Shown here piece after piece: positions 23,876-33,376 of a DNA stretch of 64,000 bases (its first letter is position 1; the number at the start of each line of letters is the position of its first letter). The notes under the pieces are model-generated. The model was not told the origin of the DNA and made no database searches. It was given only the letters and a program-made list of their open reading frames with translations. The position numbers were made by a program, and so were the translations under genes. The DNA is from Hyaloraphidium curvatum SAG 235-1 (lineage: Eukaryota > Fungi > Monoblepharomycota). Location of the stretch: contig JAIVFI010000005.1 in the NCBI GenBank assembly GCA_025558095.1, forward strand, positions 310,001 to 374,000, written 5' to 3'.

Positions 23876-24682
23876 CTACCGTTGCACTTCGTTCCGGACC
23901 TTCTTCCTCCACTCGCAATGGTCCAGACTCGCCGTGATCGGCCCCGGGCGGGCGTTCCACGCCGCAAGGATGCTGGCCGCCGCATCGCTGCCGAGCTTGG
24001 GGAGCTCGCCGAAGTAGTGCGGTTGGATGTCGTAGATGTCCGGCTTGAGCAGCACGCCGGCCGCCTCGGCAGCGCCGCCCTCCCCGAGGCCCCAGTGCTC
24101 GGGGTAGATCTGCGCGAGCTCCGGGTACTCGTAGATGAACCAGCCCGCCTTCATGCGGATCCACTCCTTGCCGTTGCAGTCGATCTTGCCGGAATTCGAC
24201 GTCGTGCACCACTGCTTCTGGGGCCACTCAGGCAGGATCTCGCCGCAGCCGCCCTTGCAGAGCGGAAGAATCCCGTCCATTCCGAAAGCCCTGGCCGCCG
24301 GACGAACGGTTCCGAAGCGTGCGTAGTGCTCGCCGTTGCAGCAAAAGGGAAAACGGCTGCCTGCCTTGGGTCTGCGGGGAGGGTCAGCTTGCATGCATCC
24401 GCGAACGAGCCGGCAAACCCACCTGTGCATCGTCAGGCACCACTGGCACGGACGTTTGCCCTCTTCGGTGCCGACGATGTATGCTTCCGAGTTGAGGAAC
24501 GTCAGCTGCGTGTAGTAGTCCGACGCGGGGCTCTTGGCCGAGAGGAAGTCGAGGCGCACGGGACTGGTTCGCGCCGGCGACGTCAGCATTCGTTTGCGCC
24601 GCGGCACGGCGCATACCCGCCGCATGAATATCGGGGTAAAGTCCGCCATGCCGGCCGTGGCTGCTGGGCACGCTGCCGCCAT
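23876..24682 (-). CDS. Hypothetical Cys/Trp-rich protein, probably with short in-frame introns
   Basis: ORF 23876-24895 contains GTATGC...CTGAC...CAG intron-like stretches; strong GC3 bias in the 3' part; no family recognised. Confidence 0.5.
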   Translation of the reverse strand: MAAACPAATAGMADFTPIFMRRVCAVPRRKRMLTSPARTSPVRLDFLSAKSPASDYYTQLTFLNSEAYIVGTEEGKRPCQWCLTMHRWVCRLVRGCMQADPPRRPKAGSRFPFCCNGEHYARFGTVRPAARAFGMDGILPLCKGGCGEILPEWPQKQWCTTSNSGKIDCNGKEWIRMKAGWFIYEYPELAQIYPEHWGLGEGGAAEAAGVLLKPDIYDIQPHYFGELPKLGSDAAASILAAWNARPGPITASLDHCEWRKKVRNEVQR

Positions 24683-24911
24683 CTTTCGTTCGATGTACTG
24701 TATTTTGCCACATTGAAGCAACATTTTGCAGAACGCAGCGCCACAGCCGCAATCACCCGGGCCGATGTCGGAGGGAAAGACGGCGTCAGTAGTGCGCACG
24801 CGCAGCCGTAGCCACTTACCCTGGCGGATAGGGAGCAAGGTCCAAGATCCTCGGAGCAAGTCCCGTCCAGGTATATCTAGATGCTGGTCATGCATCGGTG
24901 AAGATTGTAGA

Positions 24912-25037
24912 TCGGCGCGGCCTCAGGCAGTAGCATTAGAGCATCCGCTTGTGCCTCCACTATGACGTTATGATCAATGGTGTGGAGAGCACAACTTGAA
25001 AGGCACGGTCATGCTAGCGGCCGAGTCCGCGCGTCGA
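24912..25037 (-). ncRNA. Candidate structured RNA (putative Fanzor omegaRNA scaffold)
   Basis: Nested inverted repeats: 24949-24960 with 24982-24994; 24931-24936 with 25011-25016; 24915-24927 imperfectly with 25021-25032; lies ~540 nt downstream of the Fanzor-like stop. Confidence 0.35.
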
Positions 25038-25572
25038 CTGATGATAGAGGCGTAATCAGTCGGATGTGACGGCATGACGCGTTGCGAGGACTGACATAGA
25101 AGATTCTTCTCAGCTTGAAGGCAGCCTGGATGAGAAGCGAGGTCGAGAGGAGACGGACGATAAGAGAAGCCCGCGCCCTCGCGGCCGCACCGGGCATCTC
25201 CCGAACCTCGTCGGTGAGCACGAGGACTGGGTGCTGTCATAGAGGTGGCCTCGCGTATGGTCAGCAGCACGCTGTGACGAGCGCGGATGACGGGGAGCGT
25301 CGAATCCGGCGGGCGAGAAGGTCAAAGCCCGAGTCAATGGGCGTCCGGCGTGCGTCCGCAGCCCCCGCTCACCGAGACAACGCCCTCGACGGCGAGAGCG
25401 CGCTAAAGACGAAGCTTCTTGCGTTTCCTTTTGGCTCTCATCGCCTGGTCTTGCGGGAGGCAGGGTTCAAGTGATGAACGAGCGCACTGTCACCGTTCGT
25501 GGAGGCCGCCGCGGACAAAAAAACATGGACAGAATGAAGAGCGCCAACATCAATCACGGACCAATCGGCTCC

Positions 25573-28500
25573 TCAGATCAAGATGTACACGTATTCACGG
25601 AGAAGAGATAAAGCCTCACGCACCCGAGCCGTGACTACCTTTCCCTGGCATTCCTCCAGCATCCGCGCGAACTCGTCAGCTGTCCTGGCGCAGGGTGCGA
25701 TCGCGCTCCGCCTGATGATATCGGTCAGGTTCTCCGAGTCGGTTATGCTGGCTCTGGCGCCTGCGATGTTGGCGAGGAGAACTCCTGCCGGTCCCCGTGC
25801 AGCCTCGATCGCGGCTCTCGCCTCAGCCAGCGAGTCCTCCAAAGTTTCCGATTGCGATGCCTCCGCGAGGCTTTCTGCCAGCTTTTTCAGTGCTCCGAGG
25901 GCAGGCATGAGATGAGGGTTCTCGATACCCGTGATGAAGTAGGCGGGAGGGCGGGAATAGGGGGCGGGGCGCTCGCCTTGAAAGAGGACGGAGAAAGCTA
26001 TGTCCACGTGCACTTGCCCCGACAGCTCATCACGGTGGAAGAACAACTGGCAGTTTGGGCAGTATGAAGTGCGGATCGTGGGGTGGTCAACAAAGCCGCG
26101 ACACCTCGGGCAACGTTGGCTGCTGAGGTACTCGTCCACACGGACGATGATGTATCCAAGGGCGCGTAACTGGAACGCGAGGTCATCAGCGGTGGCATGA
26201 ATAAGATCGAGACCGATCTCGCCTTTTTCACCACGTGGAGAAAGAGGCCGCGGTGCCCGGAAGTGCCAGCCGCAAAGGAGTCAAACTCCGAGCCCACTGC
26301 AACGATGTGCCTCCCGACCTCCTCGCCAGTCAGCTTGACCGAACTGTTCTTGCCGAACTGCCTTGTAATCTGCTCCACAACTTGGTCGGCAAGGGACTGC
26401 TTGGATGCCTCGCGAGAGGCCTCGAGGAGCGCCACCTTGCCGTCGCGGTAACGAGATTCATAAGCCACACGGTCCGCCTCTGTAAAGTCCGAGATCGCCG
26501 TCGCAATGTCCTGCAGCTGAACGTCCTCGGACAAACCACCCCGAAGCAGAGCTTCCCGCTTTGCGAGCGCCTCCTGCGCCGCAAGGAGCTCGGAAGAAAA
26601 CTCGTCTGAATCCAACCGCTGGACTGCCATGCGCCGCTGGAACCGCCGCGCGGGCTCCTGCATGTGCGACCCCTTGACGAGAAGCTGCACGATATCGCCC
26701 GAGAGGGAATGCCAGAAAACTCCAGCTAGCCAGAAGCGCGTACCGACGTCAAGCCCCAGCACATGGAGTCCCGATTTCAGCAAGGCATCGACCAGCTTCT
26801 GATCGACCGGCGGGCTCTTGCGCTGCCCCGCTGCCCGTTCGTGAGCTGCAGCCGCACCAGATGCAAACTTTGGCGGCGGATCTAGGCCGTGCTTCCGATA
26901 GGCAACCTCGCGGGTCATGTACGCGACGCTGTCCTGTCCAAGCTGCGCTCGGTTCTTCGCAATGTCGATCTCGGCCGCAAGGCACACATCCCCCACTTCT
27001 GGGATTGCCAGCTCGGCTTCCCAGCCTTCCTTAGTGAGCTTTGGCAATCGAGCATCAGTGAAGTGAGGGTGGATGACGAACCCATCCGAATCGAAGCCCC
27101 CCGTAAGCTTCTTGAGCTCATGCCACGATCCGCCGCGAAGGTATCGTGGGTCAACCAGGAGATGCCGGAGCAGCTCGCCTGGCACAAGCCGCCAAACGAG
27201 CGCCAGATCCAGCTCGAGTCCGTCAACCCCTTTTGCGGTACGCTCGGCTATAAACCTCCTCGTGGATTCCGCGGCAACCCGTTCCTGCCATACAGCGGTG
27301 CCTTTCAGCGCCCCAACCAGGACGCCAGCTTCATCCACCAGTAGGGGGTACGCCGGCAGTGCCAGGGCAAGCATCTCCTCTGACAAGAGTACGCTCTTGG
27401 GAATGGCGTTCGATGGAAATGGAACAATGGCGAAGCGCGAGCGGCCGGGATTCCCAGCCTGCATTGCCCAGATGTTAGCGAACCGCTCCGGGACGGACAG
27501 GGAGTCGTCGGCAGCGATCCCCGCCGCGCGGTCCCGGTCAGCCTGGCGGGAAAAGCTAGATGCCATCATATACAGCCTGCCATTCCAGTGCGAGGAAAAG
27601 TCGCGCTCTGTGTGAGCCGCGGCAGCTTCCCGGAGGCGCGCGAGAAGCTCGAATCGTGTCGTACCCGGGATACCCGACCCGAGCACAGCGCCGAGGTCCG
27701 TGGAGAAAGCGGGTGGTATGAGTTCCGGCTGAGCTTCCAAGCTGTCGTAAGCCTCCTTGATCGCGAGGTAGTCGTCCTCCTTATGAAACGAGAGCATGGC
27801 CGGGTTAAGAAGTCCTGTCTCTTGCTTAAGGGGAAGCCTATGCGAGACTAGCGACGCAAGGCTCTGCCAAAAGCGCAATCCACGGTTGCCTGTGGCGTGG
27901 CTATCCAGGAAGAAAGGATCCAAGCGCCGGCGCACATCTGCTGCCGACAGGCCTTCGCGTTGGGCGAATCCGAGAGCGTAAAGAGCAAACCAGGAGGCGC
28001 GGGCTCGCAGTTCACGAACGTACTGGACGAGCCTCCTGACGAGGTCCATCTTGTCCCCGACGACCCGTGCCACAGTGTTCTTCATCACTTCTTCTTGATC
28101 CGCATCGGATGACCTCCAGATTGGCCTCCATTGACCGCGAACTGACTCTTGGTCGATGCACAAGGCTGACATGGAGGCCCTGGTGGAGTTTGCTTCCACT
28201 AAACCGACGCAGACGGTAAGCTCCCGAAACCTCCGCTGCCGAGCCCTTTTTTCCACTATCCCTGGGAGAAACTCTCTTTCGTCCTTCTCCCTCTCCGGGG
28301 CATCTGGATCATCCCATCGCGATTTCGCAGTCGCCCTGCTGTCGAACGTAACTGCACTGATTTTGCGCTTTCTCGTTTGCGCCGGCACGGAGGGCGCTGG
28401 AGTAATGTCCGTGGAATGAACACCCTGCAGAAACGCCTTGGCGACGACGTCCGGCGCCAAGGGCTTCCACGAGACGAGGCGCTCGCGCGCAAACTTGGAA

Positions 28501-29750
28501 GGAACGGGGTCGAAGGGGCGCTTCTGCGCCACGGTGTACTCAGGCTCAGTTGGTGCCGACCTGTCCACAACCAGTGTATCGGCGAGTGAAGCCAAATGCA
28601 CGGGACCTGCGACTGCGGCGCATCAGAAGGATCAACCAAATGGGACGGAAGCTCACCATCGAGAGGAGTGGACCCGTGGAAGAGCATCGTCGAGACCGCG
28701 TTCTGCATCTGCTGTAGCCACGGCCAAGAGACAGCGTCCGCCTTGTCGCCGAGGATGGCGGTGCTGGCTACAACGAGGAGATCCACGATTACCGGCACAT
28801 CTTCTGACTCGACGCCGCGGCCGACGATGCTCTCGATCTCGGCGAAAGCCCCGGAGCGCCACGCCTCGAAGGCCTTGCGGACGGTGAAATTGGCACCGTT
28901 TGGGCGCGTAATCGTTACCAAGAAACGCGAGTAGAATACGCAACATGTCCGGTGTAATATCCAGACGCGCTAGAATGTCCCTCGCGGAGTAGACGAGCGC
29001 TTGGAGCGCCCCCGGTTCAGAGGGCATGGATTCCGCGGCAAGCAGGTCCGCAAAAGGCAATGCGACCTCGTCCTTGACCACGCGCACGAGAAAAGGCACA
29101 ACATGGGCGAGGTAGTCGGAGTCCGTGCTAATGATCGCACTGCCTTCTTCAATAGCCCGCCGAGCCAGCTCCGGATCGGATTCCGCGTTTGCAAACAGAA
29201 GTTCGGCTCCAAGAGCACCGAGACAGTCCCGCAGCAGGGCGCCGTCGGTCGCGACGTTATACCTCCAAGATGCGAGCTCCTTTTCTAGCGCCAGCAGCCG
29301 GATCTCCCCGGACTGCTGCCGGCCGACCTTTGCCAGGTTCTCGGCGTTCCGATTGAAAGCCGCGACCTTCTTGAAGTCCTTTCCGGCCTTTGCATCACGC
29401 GCGTCCTGCGTGGGCTTCTTCTCCAAGCTCCGCTTCCCATCGAAGGCAAAGACGAGGATAGCGAGCGCAGCGTGACGCTCGTCGTCGCGGACCCCGAGCT
29501 TCTTCAGCATCCTTCCCAAGAGCTTGCCGGAGAGATCGTTTCTCTCCGCGTGGCTGGCACGATAGGCTTCCGCGCAGAACTCCCAGATTTCCATGTAGAA
29601 CACGGCGAGTGCGTCGACGACAACCTTCTTGTCGCTCGGGGTCTGGCCCTGCTTCCGCAGGTCCACGACCGCGGCAAATGCTCCATTTCTATAGAGTTTC
29701 GAGGGAGAAATTTCATTCTGCAGCCCTTTGAAGCTGCCGGCGATGCCCAT
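25573..29750 (-). CDS. XPG/FEN1-like 5' nuclease fused to a Fanzor1/TnpB-like RuvC-Zn-finger nuclease (~1,350 aa; at least 2 introns, one frameshift at ~28,900)
   Basis: N-terminal: MGI, VVVDAL, FAFDG, AESD, STDSDYL, GNDY. C-terminal: RuvC-I VLGLDVG, VAVG, VDEYLSSQRCPRC...YCPNC, RuvC-III HRD. Introns at ~28613-28656 and ~26170-26222. Confidence 0.8.
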
Positions 29751-29835
29751 GACGACCAAAAGAGGTGGCCAGCGCGGTGATGGAACCAGGATACTTATGA
29801 GACGAGAATCCGACGCGACACAATACGGCAGAACC

Positions 29836-30890
29836 ATGGCTCCGCGAAAGAAGCCGTCGATTGCGCAGAAGGCTTCGGAGCTCGGTCGTCTGACCACCGG
29901 ATATAAGGTTACGAAGGCCCATGACCCGGGAGCCGGCGCCGACGCGGCTTGGGGCCCGAAACGCCCGTCCAAAAAGCTGGTGCCGGCAGAGAAGATCAAC
30001 GAAATTGTGTCTGAGTTTCTGGCGAATCCGACGCCCGAGAACAGGGACGCGCTGATGAAGAAGGCGGGAGCCAGCCGCTCGACTTTCTACAGCTGGGTCG
30101 CGGAGTTCAAGGGGCAAGGGAGCTTCGTTCGCAGGCCAAGATCCGGTCGTCGTCCGAAGCTGAGCGAGGAGGAGCGCGAGGAGGCTGCTCAGAACTATGT
30201 TTTCGGACTGAGGTCTCTGGATAAGGTCGGCGAGGAGAAGGGTGTCAGCGGCTCTACAATCCGCAGGTGGACCACAGGTGGCGAGGGAAGCAGGGCATTG
30301 CGCCCACGGAGGAACCCAACTACGCATCCCCGGAAGTCCCCGAGATGCCCCCTCAGGCACCGTTCGACGTCTGCCAGGCACTCTCTTCGAAGGACGGCCG
30401 CAACGTGCTGTTCTTCTCTAGGATCCTCGTTCACGTTCGCGAACAACCTGCTTTCGAAATCCATCTCCTCCTCGACGCCAAGAAGCACGTCGTTGCAGGA
30501 GAAGCGGTCAAGATTGGCACAAACTCGTTTATGTTCCTGATGAAGCACCTTGCCAAGGACTACAAGCCCGTCGGCGACGTCGGGGCCATCATCTGTTTGC
30601 CTGTCCACGGAGCAGGCATCGCCCACGATCTTCCCTGGAGCTGCACCAGCATCCTCAGATTCGGCCTCAAGATGATGCTGGTGGCGGGCCCCGAGATCGA
30701 CGCCTTGGATCCGGTATGGCTACTTTGGGAAGCGCACCTCGGCCCAGAGATTATTGCGGCGCTCAGCCGCGTGCCCGAAGCTGTGCGTCTGCAGCGTGCA
30801 CAGAGCCTCCTTCCGCCACGCATCGCGGCCCTCAGCGATACGTGCATACAGCGTGCAGTTGACGCGGCTTTCGCGGCTCAGCGCGAGTGA
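29836..30890 (+). pseudogene. Tandem helix-turn-helix protein (Tc1/IS630-like DNA-binding region) with unknown C-terminal domain, frameshifted
   Basis: AGASRSTFYSWVAEF..GSFVRRPRSGRRPKLS and a second HTH KGVSGSTIRRW; an 11-nt imperfect duplication at 30271-30281 shifts the frame between ORFs 29728-30540 and 30267-30890. Confidence 0.6.
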
Positions 30891-31023
30891 ATGCCGGGAC
30901 TTGCTGAATGCTGCAATCGACTTGCCTCGCGGATTTCTCTGGTTCGGGATGGGCGCGTAGCTGCCACTTGGAGATAGCAAAACGGATCGTTGACAATTGA
31001 CTTCACGTCCTTGTAGTCATCAT

Positions 31024-32289
31024 TTAGCAAATCAACACTTTCGCGCGCTCGCTTCTCAGCAGTCCAAGACGGATGGTTTCCTCCTCCATCTTCTTGAACC
31101 CGTTAATGATCGACTCCCTCCTGATGGCGTCCCAGGCCCTTTTGACACGCTCAGCCAGCTGAAGCATGTCATGACCAATGGTGCTACGGTACACAACTGC
31201 CTCGTGGGCTGCATCAACGAATCCATGCTGCTGTAAGGATGCCCAGGCAGCGACCAAGCCCGCCTTGAAAGGATGGTTGACCGCCAGGTCCAGTGGCTGA
31301 ACGTTCTTTGACTGCCCTGCCGGGATAACTACAACACCGAAATCGTGAAGAGCCAGTGAAGCGAGGGCCTGTTGGGACACGTGCGAGGAACAACGGTCCA
31401 TGATGAGGAGCTTCCTTCGCGGATCATGCAAAGCGGGTGCCAGGCATCTTGCTACCCAATCAGCGAATATGCCGCACGTCATGAACGATCCTGGCTGTTT
31501 CCATGCCATGAGCTGGCCCATGTATCCGCGACAGGGGGTTCCAGGCTCAACGCCATCAACACCTGCCTTCGCAATGACGCAAGGCGGAAGCTTGTCGCCC
31601 GCGGCGGTGACGGCCAGGACCACAGACACTCGGATCCGATCCTTGCGCTGGACCCTGATCGAGATGCGTTTCTGGCCTTTTGGTGCCACGGTCCTGCGTG
31701 GAGGGCTGTCGAGCCAAACGGGCGTCTCGTCCATGTTGACGACCAGCGCAGGGTCCGTGTCCCAGTACCCAGATTCCTCCAGCAAATTGGAGAACGCGAG
31801 CAAGTCCCGTGTAGTGTCTTTAAGCTCCAGCGGAACTAGCTTCAAAGAGGGCCGCGGCCTGTCGTGCGAGTATCGCGTTGTTGGTATCCGGAGTGCGAAT
31901 CCCCGACGCCTGAGGAACCCTGCGAACCACTTGCGCCCACATGTGAGCTTCAAATTTGTAAATGTGGTCTGCTGCATCAAGGTCGAGAGCAGCTCCGCCA
32001 TGCGCGCTTTGCAGTCGGCATAAGTGACTACGAAGCCGGAAGCCCGCTGGCCGCGGACCCATCGGGCTAGTTGAAGCTCGGCACGTTCATGCGGCAGCCA
32101 TACACGATGCGGAAGATGGCGGCGGAAAACTTTCCTAGGGGCTTTGCCGAGTTCCGGTGCCTGGGAGCACCAGCGCGAAAGTGTGGATCGGTGTACGCCG
32201 AGCTCCTTCGCCACACGCGACGCCGATCCCCGCGCCGCCTTCCGCACCGCTTTCAGCTTCCTGTCGATTGTGTAGGACCGCCTGCTCAT
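31024..32289 (-). mobile_element. pogo-superfamily (Tc1/mariner) DD35D transposase with HTH, CENP-B HTH and DDE_1 domains; intact and intronless
   Basis: RRSYTIDRKLKAV...LGVHRSTLSRW; WFAGFLRRRGF; triad NMDET / LIMD / QPLD with 35 residues between the 2nd and 3rd Asp. Confidence 0.92.
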
Positions 32290-33376
32290 ATTGTGACTCA
32301 GTGTTGCTTCTTTGCCGCAAAAGACGGTAGTGGGGCTGTATTAGCAACCCGGACTTTCTAACCATGTCTGATCTAACAACAGATAGGTGTGTTCTGGGTG
32401 AAAGACCGTTCCATCCAGGCCATGGCGTTTTTGCAAAGCAGTATTTCGGAGTGTCCGGATTGTGTCCGGAGGCTTTGTAAATACACACACGTGGCGCCGC
32501 TTACGTGGCGCTCGTCGCAAGAACTACAAAAGCAGCGCCCGGGTGAATCGCCCGCGGACACCATCACCCACAACTCGGCCCCTTTGCTCCCCAGCATAGA
32601 GCGATGCGGGCCCGCAAGCGCAAGAAAAGCTTCCCGGTCGCGCTCTCGCTGTTGGGGGCGCTGTCCTGGTGGGAGCGCGAGCGCCGCGTGTGCCCCGTCC
32701 CCGTCGCCTTCTCACGGCGTCTTTCGACAGTGCCGGTGCCGTCAGGCACAGGAGCCTCATCCACGACGGCCGTGTGCTCGGCTCATTGAGAGAAGTAGGT
32801 CTCACGGGGTCGCGCCGGAACGACACACCGACCTGACCATTCTCCAGCACCCATCTTCTCTTCTTTTTTTCGCTTCTTTCTTTCTGTTACCGGCTGCAAC
32901 GACGGAGGGGCGACGAGCGCACGGGCGCTGCGCGGCGCCGAGGGCCGGAGACCGCCGATCGACTCGAGCTGGACTCCACGTGCATCCTCTTGCACCCCTT
33001 GGCATTGCGCGCAACTGTGGGGCTCGGAGCTCCATCAAGCCTACCTGCATGTGCACTATCCTGCCCGTCGCCCATGGATCTCCAACGTTGCCTTGGTGGT
33101 GAAACAACGTGTGGGTGCAAGCCTGCATTCGCCCTGCGAGCGTGCCGGCCAACGCCTTGCAGATTGATCTGGAGAATTTCGTGGGCAGGGAAGGGATATC
33201 AGGTGGCAAGTCGTTGATGACAGTAGCCAGAAAACTAGTAGCGGCGTCGAGACCGTCGAGTACGGATTTCAGATGTAGCCGCACTAAGCAGAAGCGGATC
33301 GATGATGTGGCCACAATTTCACCGCACACGTCGGCACGTCCGGCACCCTGTTGTGCCCAGAAAGCCAGCCATCGAC

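Larger units (their letters stand above)
24900..32520. mobile_element. Putative composite DNA transposon carrying XPG-Fanzor, HTH gene and pogo transposase; boundaries approximate
   Basis: Three adjacent mobile-element-type genes with weaker GC3 bias by eye than neighbours such as Tat-SF1, flanked by unusually long non-coding stretches; paired TIRs not found. Confidence 0.5.

Noticed and set aside
24871-24885. CTAG next to a hairpin as a Helitron 3' end
   Set aside because: On the element strand CTAG is followed by A rather than T, and there is no Rep/helicase gene.
30893-32352. Weak inverted similarity (CCGGGACTTGCTGAA vs TTAGCAACCCGG) as pogo TIRs
   Set aside because: Short, gapped and without flanking TA; indistinguishable from chance.
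32520-33300. ORFs in the gap between the transposase and the F-box gene
   Set aside because: No recognisable motifs or coding bias; treated as non-coding or degenerate.
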